64,000 nt of DNA. Source: Deltaproteobacteria bacterium. Its GTDB lineage: Bacteria; Desulfobacterota; Deferrisomatia; Deferrisomatales; JACRMM01. Numbering within the stretch: position 1 is the stretch's first letter; each line of letters starts with the position of its first letter. The notes under the pieces were generated by a model. The model was given only the letters and a program-made list of their open reading frames with translations. It was not told the origin of the DNA and ran no database searches. Below, piece by piece: positions 43,102 to 51,837 of the stretch. The stretch spans positions 5,460 to 69,459 of the forward strand of contig JACRMM010000063.1 in the NCBI GenBank assembly GCA_016214985.1, read 5' to 3'. The translations under genes and the position numbers were made by a program.

Positions 43102-44007
43102 TCAGTTCAATTCGTGGCAGAGGATGCCGTCCTCTTCGAGGGCGCCGCGGAGCTTTCCGAGCGCCTCCACCTGGATCTGTCGAATCCTCTCGCGCGTCAC
43201 GCCGAAGGCTTTGCCGATCTTCTCCAGGGTCATCGACTCGTCGTCGGCGAGCCCGAACCGCATGGTGAGGATCCGCTTCTCCCGGTCCGTGAGGATGGAG
43301 AGCTTCCCCATCACGCAGCGCCGCATCTTGTCGGTGTGGATGCTCTCGATGGGGTTCGCGGCACAGGGGTCCTCGAGCTTGTCCTGGAGCGTGAAGTCCC
43401 CGTCCACGTCCAGGGCCTGGTCGATCGAGAAGATCTTCCTTCGGATCGACTGAAGCCGCTGGATGTACGCGCTGGTGAAGCTCGTCTCCTCCGCCAGCTC
43501 GTCGTCGGTCGGGAACCGGCCGAGGCGGCGGCTCAGGTTCTCGGCCGCCCGGTTCATCCGGTCTACGTCGTCGGACACGTGCACCGGCAGCCGGATCGTC
43601 CGGACCTGATTGGTTAGTGCCCGCTCGATCGACTGGCGGATCCACCAGGTGGCATAAGTGGAAAAACGGCACCCCTTCGAAGCCTTGAACCGCTCCACCG
43701 CCTTGATGAGGCCGACGTTTCCCTCCTCGATCAAGTCCATGAAGGGAAGGCCGCGATTGACGTATCGCTTCGCGATCTTGACCACGAGCCTCAGGTTGGA
43801 CTCGATCATCCGGCTACGAGCTGCCTCGTCTCCGACCTCGATGCGAAGCGCGAGCTCTACCTCCTCCTGCGGCGTCAAGAGCCGGGTTCGGCGGATGTCC
43901 TTGAGGTACAGGCCCATGGAGCTCGCGGGCGTGGTCGTCTCCTTCTTGCTGTCGTCCGCTGCGTCGATCGTCTCGGGGTAAAGGTTTCGGGCGGCTTCCG
44001 AACTCAT
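43102..44007 (-). CDS. RpoD/RpoS-family (group 2-like) sigma-70 factor
   Basis: Start MSSEAARNLY with GAAGGAGGA SD. Region 2 LRLVVKIAKRY...DLIEEGNVGLIKAVERF, TYATWWIRQSIERAL. Region 4.2 LEKIGKAFGVTRERIRQIQVEAL. 301 aa (no region 1.1). Confidence 0.85.
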   Translation of the reverse strand: MSSEAARNLYPETIDAADDSKKETTTPASSMGLYLKDIRRTRLLTPQEEVELALRIEVGDEAARSRMIESNLRLVVKIAKRYVNRGLPFMDLIEEGNVGLIKAVERFKASKGCRFSTYATWWIRQSIERALTNQVRTIRLPVHVSDDVDRMNRAAENLSRRLGRFPTDDELAEETSFTSAYIQRLQSIRRKIFSIDQALDVDGDFTLQDKLEDPCAANPIESIHTDKMRRCVMGKLSILTDREKRILTMRFGLADDESMTLEKIGKAFGVTRERIRQIQVEALGKLRGALEEDGILCHELN

Positions 44008-44183
44008 CGTGTCCTCCTTCGCGGCCTCGATCGAACTGGCCGGTCCACTATAGACAGGCGAGAAGGGAGCGCCTAGAGGGGTGGGACCCGAATTACCCAG
44101 GCAGGTATCAACTGTACCCTTTCGGTTACCATTGGTCTCAGAGGAGGGACAAGGAGTGACCCGCGACACCGGGGGCGATTTCC

Positions 44184-45611
44184 TCAGGATCGGGACGGGT
44201 CGGGGTCGAGGGTCGGCAGGTGGACGAGAAAGGAGCTGCCTCGACCTGGCGCGGACCGAACTTCGATGCGGCCGCCGTGAACCTGCGCGATCCACTGACC
44301 GATCGCGAGGCCCAGGCCGCTGCCGCCCTGGGCGCGGGACCGGTGCTTGTCCACGCGGTAGAACCGCTCGAAGATCTGGTCGCGGTGTTCGGGGGGAATG
44401 CCGATGCCCGTGTCCTTGACGGTCACCTGGACCCATCCGGGCTCGGCGAGGGTGTGGGAGAGATACACGCGCCCCCCGGGAGGCGTGTACTTGAGCGCGT
44501 TGTCCAGCAAGTTCCAGAAGAGCTGTCGGAGGCGTAGGGGGTCGGCCATCACTGACGCCGGCGGGCCTCCCGCGGCCGTGAAGTGGAGGCCGTTGGCGTC
44601 GGCGAGCATGGCCGCGTGGGTTCCGATCTCCGCGAGCAGGGCGCTCAGATCCACGGGAAGCATCTCCACCGGAGCCTCGCCCAGGTCGCCCTTGGCCAGC
44701 AGGAGCAGGTCTTCGACGATCCGCCCCATCCGCTGGATCTCTTCGAGGCTTGAGGCGAGGACGTCCTGGTACTCCTCGGGGCTGCGCGGGTGGCGCAACG
44801 CGACCTCGGCCTCGCCGCGCAGCACGGTCAACGGCGTCCGAAGCTCGTGGGAAGCGTCGGCGCTGAACTCCCTCACCTTGCGGAAGGCATTCTCCAGGCG
44901 CGAGAGCAGGGCGTTAAAGGTGGTGGAGAGCTCCTGCACTTCGAGCGTGCCCTCGGCTTCCGGAATGCGCGCGTCCAGCGTCGTGGCGTCAAGGGCGCGT
45001 AGGGCTCGGACGACCGAGTGGACCGGGCGCAGCGCGCGGCCGGCGAGCAGCCAGCCTCCGGCCAGCGCGAGGAGCAGGAGGGAAGGGATGCCGACCGCAA
45101 GGATCCACAGAACCTGGCGCAACGTTTCCGCCACCGCGCCGAGGTTGGTTCCGACCTGCACCACGTTTCGGACGCGGCCGCGGACCACCACCGGATAGGT
45201 CAGGACGCGGAGGGCTTTGGGAAGGGTGCCGAAGGTCTCATAGACCATCTGGCCGCCGTGAACGGCCCTCTTCAGGGCCATCGGCGACAGCGGGAGATTA
45301 CGCTGCTCCAGGTTGGGCGTGCTCGATCCCACGGTGCCCGAGGGGTCGAGCACCTGGATGAACTGGCCGGCGGCCGGCATGCCGTAGAACTCCTCGAGCA
45401 GACGGGAAAAGTCGCGAAAGCCGGGCCGGAGGAAGTTGCGGACGGACGACTCGGCGACCACTTCGGCGAGAGCCATGAGCTTCTGATCGACGCTGCGGTA
45501 AAGGTTTCGGGCCAGCACGCCGTAGAGGATCGCGCCGAAGGCGACCAGCGTCGCAAAGAGTAGGGCTCCGTACCAGAGGGTGAGCTGGGCCCGGAGGGTC
45601 TGGGGCCTCAC
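44184..45611 (-). CDS. Sensor histidine kinase (2 TM, HAMP, HisKA, HATPase_c; CusS/BaeS-like)
   Basis: H-box FSADASHELRTPLT, N-box NLLDNALKYT, G-boxes VKDTGIGI and GGSGLGLAI. 4-nt overlap with the response regulator gene. Confidence 0.9.
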   Translation of the reverse strand: MRPQTLRAQLTLWYGALLFATLVAFGAILYGVLARNLYRSVDQKLMALAEVVAESSVRNFLRPGFRDFSRLLEEFYGMPAAGQFIQVLDPSGTVGSSTPNLEQRNLPLSPMALKRAVHGGQMVYETFGTLPKALRVLTYPVVVRGRVRNVVQVGTNLGAVAETLRQVLWILAVGIPSLLLLALAGGWLLAGRALRPVHSVVRALRALDATTLDARIPEAEGTLEVQELSTTFNALLSRLENAFRKVREFSADASHELRTPLTVLRGEAEVALRHPRSPEEYQDVLASSLEEIQRMGRIVEDLLLLAKGDLGEAPVEMLPVDLSALLAEIGTHAAMLADANGLHFTAAGGPPASVMADPLRLRQLFWNLLDNALKYTPPGGRVYLSHTLAEPGWVQVTVKDTGIGIPPEHRDQIFERFYRVDKHRSRAQGGSGLGLAIGQWIAQVHGGRIEVRSAPGRGSSFLVHLPTLDPDPSRS

Positions 45612-46282
45612 GGTTCCTCCCGGAGGACGTACCCGACCCCTCGCACGGTGTGGATGAGCTTGAGGTCGAAGCCCTGGTCGACCTTCTTTCGAAGGTAGTT
45701 CACATACACGTCGATGACGTTGGTGTACGAGTCGAAGCTCTGATCCCAGACGTGCTCGGAGATCATCGTGCGCGTGAGCACCTGGCCGGGGTGACGCATC
45801 ATGTACTCGAGAAGCGAGAACTCCTTGGCGGTGAGCTCGATCGGTCCGCCGCCGCGAGAGACCCGCCGGGTCGCGGGGTCGAGCGTCAGATCGGCGACCT
45901 TCAGGATCGGGGAGCGCTGTGGCTTTCCCCGGCGCAGCAGGGCGCGAACGCGGGCCAGGAGCTCTTCAAACGCAAAGGGCTTGGTCAGGTAATCGTCGGC
46001 GCCCAGGTCCAGCCCCCGCACCTTGTCCCCGACGCCGTCCCGGGCCGTCAGGATGAGCACGGGCGTCTCCACGCCCTCCGAGCGCAGCCGCTGGAGGACA
46101 CGGTACCCGTCGAGCTTGGGCAGCATCAGATCCAGGACCACGACGTCGTACGGACTGAACTGGGCCATGGTGAGGCCCTCCTCGCCGTCCAGGGCGACGT
46201 CCACCGCGTGGTGTTCTTCCTCCAGCCCCTTGCGGATGAAAGAGGCGACCTTCTCCTCGTCCTCGACCACCAGGACCCTCAT
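45608..46282 (-). CDS. OmpR-family response regulator (CusR/CopR-like)
   Basis: MRVLVVEDE...DVVVLDLMLPKLDG receiver domain. Winged-helix LTAKEFSLLEYMM...IHTVRGVGYVL. Confidence 0.9.
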   Translation of the reverse strand: MRVLVVEDEEKVASFIRKGLEEEHHAVDVALDGEEGLTMAQFSPYDVVVLDLMLPKLDGYRVLQRLRSEGVETPVLILTARDGVGDKVRGLDLGADDYLTKPFAFEELLARVRALLRRGKPQRSPILKVADLTLDPATRRVSRGGGPIELTAKEFSLLEYMMRHPGQVLTRTMISEHVWDQSFDSYTNVIDVYVNYLRKKVDQGFDLKLIHTVRGVGYVLREEP

Positions 46283-46438
46283 CGATCCCTCCTTTCGTGC
46301 GTGTCTTCGTCCCTGCCTCGCCCCGGATTGCTCCTTGACAGGCTTGGAGGCGGTGGGCTAAAGTTCTGGCCAGGGTGACCTAAGTATTTAAGGATACATG
46401 ACTTTTGAGTTGAAAACACCCCACTAAAGAGCAATCTC

Positions 46439-48523
46439 TTGCCAAAAGAAGAGACAAAGCTTCCCTCGGTCGCCTGGCGTCGGTTCGCCGAGTGTTTCCG
46501 CGCGGCGACCGGACTTCGGATCGCCGCTTTCGGCCGGGACGGTGCGCCGGCGCCCGTCGAGCGCGAGGAGGACGCGAACGTTTGCGGGCTCCGCATCGAG
46601 CGGGGCGACCGGTGCGTCTCGTTCTACCGCAAGGCGGTTCAACAGGTGATCCAGGGGGACGAACCCCTGCTCTTCCGTTGCCCCGGGGGGCTTCTCGTCT
46701 TCGGTGCGCCCCTTGGGTCTGTGCACGGAGAGGCCGAGGGGGTTGTCGCGCTTCTCGGGGGCGGAGCCCTCGCGGAGGAGCCCAACTCGGAGCAGATCGC
46801 CCTGTTTGCGCACACGGCCGGCCTGACGAAAGAGGATGCGGCCGCGGCCGTCGCCGAATTCCCGCTGGTGCCCCCCCGGCGCCTGGTCGAGCTGGCGCAC
46901 CTGGCGCAGTTCTCGCTGACCGCGGTAGTGCAGGGGCAGTCGGCCCGCGACGAGTTTGCGCGCCGACAGGCCCAGGTGATGACCCTCTTCGAGGTCGCCT
47001 CCGACCTGCATCAGAGCTCATCGGCGCACGAACTGCAAGCGCTCGCGCTCAACACCTTGGGGGTCCTCTACGACGTGCCCTCCGCCGCGCTCCTGTTTCG
47101 GGAGGCGCACGGCGAGGCGTTTCGGGCGCACACGGCCATGGGATCTCTCGAGAAGGCGCTGCTCTCGTGGCGGGCCCCGGCAGATGCGCACCCCATTCGA
47201 ACGCTCGTCGAGTCTCCGGGCCGGCCGCTGCGCCTCGATGACTTGACGGCCCTTCGCAAGCTCGGGCTACCCGAGTCCGTGGAGCGCGTCACCCTGTTCC
47301 CCCTGTCGGGGCGCCGGGAGGACGTGCTGGGCCTGCTGGCTGTGGTGAACGTAGACCTTCCCCCGGACGACGAACAGCTCATTCGGGGCTTCACCATTCA
47401 ACTCGCCCTGGCCGTGGACAACCAGCGCCTTCACGCGGAGGTCCTCTCCAAGGGGGCCGAGCTGCGGGCGATCCAGACCCTGAGCCGCCAGTTCCTCTCG
47501 TGTCTCGAGCCCGACGCGCTGTTCAAGGCGATCCTGGAAGAGGCCCGCAAGATCACCGGGGCTCAGCGCGGCAGCCTCATGCTCGCCGACAACGGGAACG
47601 GAGAGCTCGTGGTGAAGGCGGTTAGCGGGATCAACGAGAAGGTCGTGCAGAAGCTCCGCGTGCGACCGGGCGACGGCGTCTCGGGTCGGGTGTTCGCGAC
47701 CGGCGAGCCGATTCTCGTCCAGAACATCGAGCACGATCAACGCTTCAGTCGGAAGAACCGCCCGCGCTACTCGACCAAGAGCTTCGTCTCGATCCCGATC
47801 ACGATGGACGAGCGGGTGATCGGCGTCCTGAACCTTTCCGACAAACTCTCGGGTGAGATTTTCGCCGAAGAGGACCTGCGGGTGCTGGAAGGAGTGGCCG
47901 TCCAGGCCACGATTGCGATCGAGCGGTCGTCGCTCTATCAGCAGAGCCAGGAACTCCGTAAGATCTCCATCACGGATTCCCTCACCGGACTGCTCAACCG
48001 GCGCTACTTCCAGGAGCGCCTCGCGGAGGAGGTGGACCGGGCGACCCGCCACGGCCATGCTCTGTCGCTGATCATGATCGACATCGATCACTTCAAGGCA
48101 TACAACGACGCGAACGGCCACCCGGCGGGCGACAAAGCCTTGATGCTCACCGGACGGGCGCTGCGCGGGAGCATCCGAGCCATCGATGTGGTGAGTCGGT
48201 TCGGGGGAGAGGAGTTTGCGGTCATCCTCCCGGAGACCCGGAAGCTGGAGGCCCAGGAGATCGGAGAGCGCATCCGCCGCGAGGTGGAGAGCCTCTACTT
48301 CCCTGGCGAGGAGACGCTGCCCCTGGGCCGCCTGACGGTCTCGCTGGGTGTAGCCGGCTTCCCCGAGGACGCCCGCGATCTCAAGGCGCTGATCCAGAAG
48401 GCAGACCAGGCTCTCTACCAGGCCAAGGACCAGGGGCGCAATCGACTGGTGATCTTCGGAGTATCCGAGCCCGCGGTGCCCCGGTCGGCGACCGTTGCGG
48501 CCGCCTGGACCAAGGTTCTCTAG
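46439..48523 (+). CDS. Diguanylate cyclase with N-terminal sensory region (PocR-like, tentative) and two GAF domains
   Basis: C-terminal GGDEF domain with RFGGEEFAVIL active site and DSLTGLLNRRYF. Two GAF-like segments. TTG start at 46439, so the exact start is uncertain. Confidence 0.85.
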   Translation: MPKEETKLPSVAWRRFAECFRAATGLRIAAFGRDGAPAPVEREEDANVCGLRIERGDRCVSFYRKAVQQVIQGDEPLLFRCPGGLLVFGAPLGSVHGEAEGVVALLGGGALAEEPNSEQIALFAHTAGLTKEDAAAAVAEFPLVPPRRLVELAHLAQFSLTAVVQGQSARDEFARRQAQVMTLFEVASDLHQSSSAHELQALALNTLGVLYDVPSAALLFREAHGEAFRAHTAMGSLEKALLSWRAPADAHPIRTLVESPGRPLRLDDLTALRKLGLPESVERVTLFPLSGRREDVLGLLAVVNVDLPPDDEQLIRGFTIQLALAVDNQRLHAEVLSKGAELRAIQTLSRQFLSCLEPDALFKAILEEARKITGAQRGSLMLADNGNGELVVKAVSGINEKVVQKLRVRPGDGVSGRVFATGEPILVQNIEHDQRFSRKNRPRYSTKSFVSIPITMDERVIGVLNLSDKLSGEIFAEEDLRVLEGVAVQATIAIERSSLYQQSQELRKISITDSLTGLLNRRYFQERLAEEVDRATRHGHALSLIMIDIDHFKAYNDANGHPAGDKALMLTGRALRGSIRAIDVVSRFGGEEFAVILPETRKLEAQEIGERIRREVESLYFPGEETLPLGRLTVSLGVAGFPEDARDLKALIQKADQALYQAKDQGRNRLVIFGVSEPAVPRSATVAAAWTKVL

Positions 48524-48618
48524 CTCCCCGGCTGGCCTTCGGTGGCCGGTTTCTGTTACGCTTCCCCCCCTTCGGCGGTCGTGCCACCCCAGAGACGCCC
48601 CTGCCTGCCCGAGGACTC

Positions 48619-49920
48619 ATGTTCCTGGAGATCGTGCTGCCCGTCCTCCTCGCCGTCGCCTCGGAACGGTTCGTCGTCTACCGCTTCCTGCGCACCCCGA
48701 GCCAGATCGCGTGGGTGCGGGCGCGCCGGTGGCTTCGGCCCAACACGATCAGCCGCTTCCGGTACCCCATGGGAGTGGTCACGGTGGCCCTGTTCCACGG
48801 GGGCTGGCAGCGGACGGCGTTCCTGTTCTTCGCCTTCTGGATGATCACGGACCTGACCGACGGCGACATCGCGCGTCGGTGCAGCCTCTCCACGGAGCGC
48901 GGCGAGACGATCGATCCGCTCTCCGACAAGCTGATGTACACTCCCCTGCTCCTGTACTTCGCGTGGAAGGGAGAGTTCGACCCTTGGCTCGTGGGCGCCT
49001 TCGTGGTCTTCGACTTCCTGGGCCAGGTCTCCCGCCGGTTCATTCCGAACAAGGCCGCCAACCTCTTCGGGAAGGCCAAGACGTTCCTGGTGGCGGTGCT
49101 GCTCGCCGCGACCGGCCTCCACCTGATCTACGGGCCGCTGGCCCTGTCGCGCATCCTTCGCCCGCTGCTCGCCATCTGCACGAGCCTGGCCCTGTGTTCC
49201 ACCGCGTTCAAGGTCATCCCGAACTACTGGTACGCGAACATCTTGAGCCTGATGAACTTGGTGTGCGGCTTGACCGGCATCGCCGTCCTGATAGCCGGCC
49301 AGTCGGCCGGGGAGCCCGGCCTCTACGGGGTCTACGCCTTCGGACTGGTCTTTCTGGGGCAGTTTCTCGACCTCTTCGACGGCCGCGCGGCGGAAAAGTG
49401 GGGGTCTACCCCGAGAGGGGAGATTTTCGACGACGTGGCCGATGGAACGAGCTTCGGCGCCACCGTGGGGCTCCTCGTCACGACCTCGTTTCGTGACGTG
49501 AGGGTTGGAATCGCGGTGGGCGCGGTCCACCTGAGCGCCACGATCTATCGGCTCATTCGCTTCGTCGTGGAGAAGAGGAAGGCAGGCGTGCAAGGGGGGG
49601 TCAAGACCTTCGCGGGTCTGCCGTCGCCCGGGGCGGCGCTGATGAGCGGGAGCGCGGTTCTCCTCTTGCCTTGGGACGCGGCCAAGGCGGCCGCGGTGCT
49701 GGTCACTGCAGGGCTCATGGTCTCGCGCGTTCCCTACGCCCACTTCGGGCGCGCCGTGCTGCCCCGCATCCCCAAGATCGCCAAGGTGTTCATCCTGGCT
49801 GCATTCCTTCTGCTCCTGGCCCACGCCGTGCGCACGGACGACTACGCGAACCCGGTGACGGTTGCGTTCGCGGCAGCCTCGGCGTACCTGCTTTCGCCGC
49901 TCTTTCCGCACCGGGAGTGA
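48619..49920 (+). CDS. Tandem-domain CDP-alcohol phosphatidyltransferase family membrane protein
   Basis: First motif is a perfect D-x2-DG-x2-AR-x8-G-x3-D-x3-D (DLTDGDIARRCSLSTERGETIDPLSD). Second, degenerate motif is DLFDGRAAEKWGSTPRGEIFDDVAD (Arg to Glu, spacer one residue short). About 10 hydrophobic helices. Confidence 0.8.
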   Translation: MFLEIVLPVLLAVASERFVVYRFLRTPSQIAWVRARRWLRPNTISRFRYPMGVVTVALFHGGWQRTAFLFFAFWMITDLTDGDIARRCSLSTERGETIDPLSDKLMYTPLLLYFAWKGEFDPWLVGAFVVFDFLGQVSRRFIPNKAANLFGKAKTFLVAVLLAATGLHLIYGPLALSRILRPLLAICTSLALCSTAFKVIPNYWYANILSLMNLVCGLTGIAVLIAGQSAGEPGLYGVYAFGLVFLGQFLDLFDGRAAEKWGSTPRGEIFDDVADGTSFGATVGLLVTTSFRDVRVGIAVGAVHLSATIYRLIRFVVEKRKAGVQGGVKTFAGLPSPGAALMSGSAVLLLPWDAAKAAAVLVTAGLMVSRVPYAHFGRAVLPRIPKIAKVFILAAFLLLLAHAVRTDDYANPVTVAFAAASAYLLSPLFPHRE

Positions 49921-49976
49921 CGGCTTTCGCGCCTCGCGAGGGCGACACCCCGGAAGGTTCCCCGGGCCGGGTGGCC

Positions 49977-50618
49977 TCAGCGCACACCGATCTTCGGACA
50001 GAGTTGGGCGACCGGGCACACGGGACACTGGGGTCTTCGGGCGACGCACACCCGGCGCCCCAGGTGTGTGAAGAGGTTCGAGAGGGCCGTCCGGCGCTCG
50101 GTGGGAACGAGGGCCGTTAGGTCGGCCTCGATCCGATCCGGGTCGGTGTGGGGGGTAAATCCGAGGCGGTGGGAGATCCGCTTCACATGGGTGTCGACAA
50201 AGACCGCCGGGATTCCGAAACTGTTGCCGAGCACCAGGTTCGCCGTCTTTCGCCCGATCCCCGGGATCGAGGTGAGGGCCTCGACGCTGCCGGGCACCTC
50301 GCCTCCGAAGCGCTCCACCAGGGCCTGGCAGCAGTGCTTCAGAGTGCGGGCCTTCTGGCGGAAGAACCCGGTGGAGTGGATCGCGTTCTCGATCTCGGCG
50401 AGCGGGGCCTCTGCCAGGGACCGTGCGTCCGGAAACCGCGGGAAGAGCTCGCGCGTGACCCGATTCACTCGCTCGTCCGTGCACTGAGCAGCGAGGATCG
50501 CCGCGACGAGGAGCGTGAACGGCGAGTGGAACGTCAGCGCCGGCGTCTCCGGGTAGAGGGCCCGGAGCACCGCGTCCACGGCGGCCGCCCGCTCTTGGTC
50601 ACTCCTCGCTGCGCACAC
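49977..50618 (-). CDS. nth: Endonuclease III (DNA glycosylase/AP lyase)
   Basis: HhH-GPD motif LTSIPGIGRKTANLVLG...VDTHV. C-terminal [4Fe-4S] loop CVARRPQCPVCPVAQLC. Confidence 0.9.
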   Translation of the reverse strand: MCAARSDQERAAAVDAVLRALYPETPALTFHSPFTLLVAAILAAQCTDERVNRVTRELFPRFPDARSLAEAPLAEIENAIHSTGFFRQKARTLKHCCQALVERFGGEVPGSVEALTSIPGIGRKTANLVLGNSFGIPAVFVDTHVKRISHRLGFTPHTDPDRIEADLTALVPTERRTALSNLFTHLGRRVCVARRPQCPVCPVAQLCPKIGVR

Positions 50619-51156
50619 GGGGGCTCGGCTCGCAGCGGGCAGCGTCCTTGGGGCGGCTCAGGCGATGCCAGCCGAGATCTTCGTTCCAGTGCCAGCGATG
50701 CGGAACGCTGGCCCGACGCGCGCGTGCCTTGAGCCGGTAGGCGACCACGGCCTGGTAGGTCGCCCAGTAGGTCACCGCGGCCAGGGGAATGGCGAGGACG
50801 AGGCTCCCGACGCACAGAGGCAACAGCCCCGAGGTGAGCGACGAGAGGTGGGTGATGGCGTGGAGGAGCCCGCGCGGCGGGCGAAGCGGATACCCCAGCA
50901 GCCACGCGCCCACGGCGTAGTCCGCGCCGAACAGCAGCGGCATGGTTAGCGGATTGTTGATCCACACCCCCGCGGCGGCTGCGAGCTTGCTCTGGCCCGT
51001 GATCGCCGCGATCGTGATCGCGATCAGGGTGTGCCCCGGGATGGGCGTGAGCGACACCGCAGCCCCGATGGCCATGCCGAGCGCGATCTCCCGCGGCTTC
51101 CCGTGGCTGCGGACGGCGCGGAAGTAGAGGAAGCGGAGTCTCTTTCGGAACCTCAT
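50599..51156 (-). CDS. DUF2062 domain-containing membrane protein
   Basis: PREIALGMAIGAAVSLTPIPGHTLIAITIAAI...GVWINNPLTMPLLF matches the DUF2062 pattern as recalled. 20-nt overlap with the nth start. Confidence 0.65.
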   Translation of the reverse strand: MRFRKRLRFLYFRAVRSHGKPREIALGMAIGAAVSLTPIPGHTLIAITIAAITGQSKLAAAAGVWINNPLTMPLLFGADYAVGAWLLGYPLRPPRGLLHAITHLSSLTSGLLPLCVGSLVLAIPLAAVTYWATYQAVVAYRLKARARRASVPHRWHWNEDLGWHRLSRPKDAARCEPSPRVRSEE

Positions 51157-51291
51157 GGAGGCGCTACGATAGCAGGCCTTGCCCCGTCGCTCCCAGCCGA
51201 AAACGCGCCGGAGAAAGCGTTGTCGTCGGCGCCGGCTCGCCGTTCGGCATGCGCCGCCCCGGCGCTCGGGGAAGACGTCGGGCCGGGTGGG

Positions 51292-51762
51292 TCAGTCCAC
51301 CGCTACCTTGACCCCCTTGGTTCGGGAGGGCTCGGCCTTGGGCAGGGTCAGGGTCAGGACGCCGTCCTTGAGACGTGCGGAGGCGTGATCCGGCAGCACG
51401 GCTCCAGGGAGTGGGATCACCCGCTGGAACGAGCTGCTCGCGCTCTCTCGGAGGTGGTACCCCTCCTCTTGGCTCTCCTTGTCGGCGCGGAGCTGGCCCT
51501 TGATGGTCACGGCGTCCTCGGTCACGGTGACCTCGAGGGACTCCTTTGAAAAGCCGGGGAGCTCCGCCGTTACGACGAACTCCTTCTCGGTCTCCTTCAG
51601 GTCGCAGGCCGGGACGAAGGCCGCCTGCGTCGCGACCCAGCCCGCGGTCCACGGCCTCGGCCAGCCGCGGAAGAAGTTGTCGAAGAGGCGGTCTACCTCC
51701 CCGCGCAGGTTTCGCAAGGGATCGAGCTGAGTGCTCCTGGGCTCCCACTTGATCAGCGCCAT
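51292..51762 (-). CDS. Hsp20/alpha-crystallin family small heat-shock protein
   Basis: PACDLKETEKEFVVTAELPGFSKESLEVTV...FQRVIPLPGAV...ARLKDGVLTLTLPK alpha-crystallin domain. Confidence 0.9.
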   Translation of the reverse strand: MALIKWEPRSTQLDPLRNLRGEVDRLFDNFFRGWPRPWTAGWVATQAAFVPACDLKETEKEFVVTAELPGFSKESLEVTVTEDAVTIKGQLRADKESQEEGYHLRESASSSFQRVIPLPGAVLPDHASARLKDGVLTLTLPKAEPSRTKGVKVAVD

Positions 51763-51837
51763 GGCCCCATCTCCTTTCGCCCCGGCGATCGTTCGGTTGG
51801 CGCGGAACCTACTCTGGGGGTCCGCAGTGTCAAGGCG

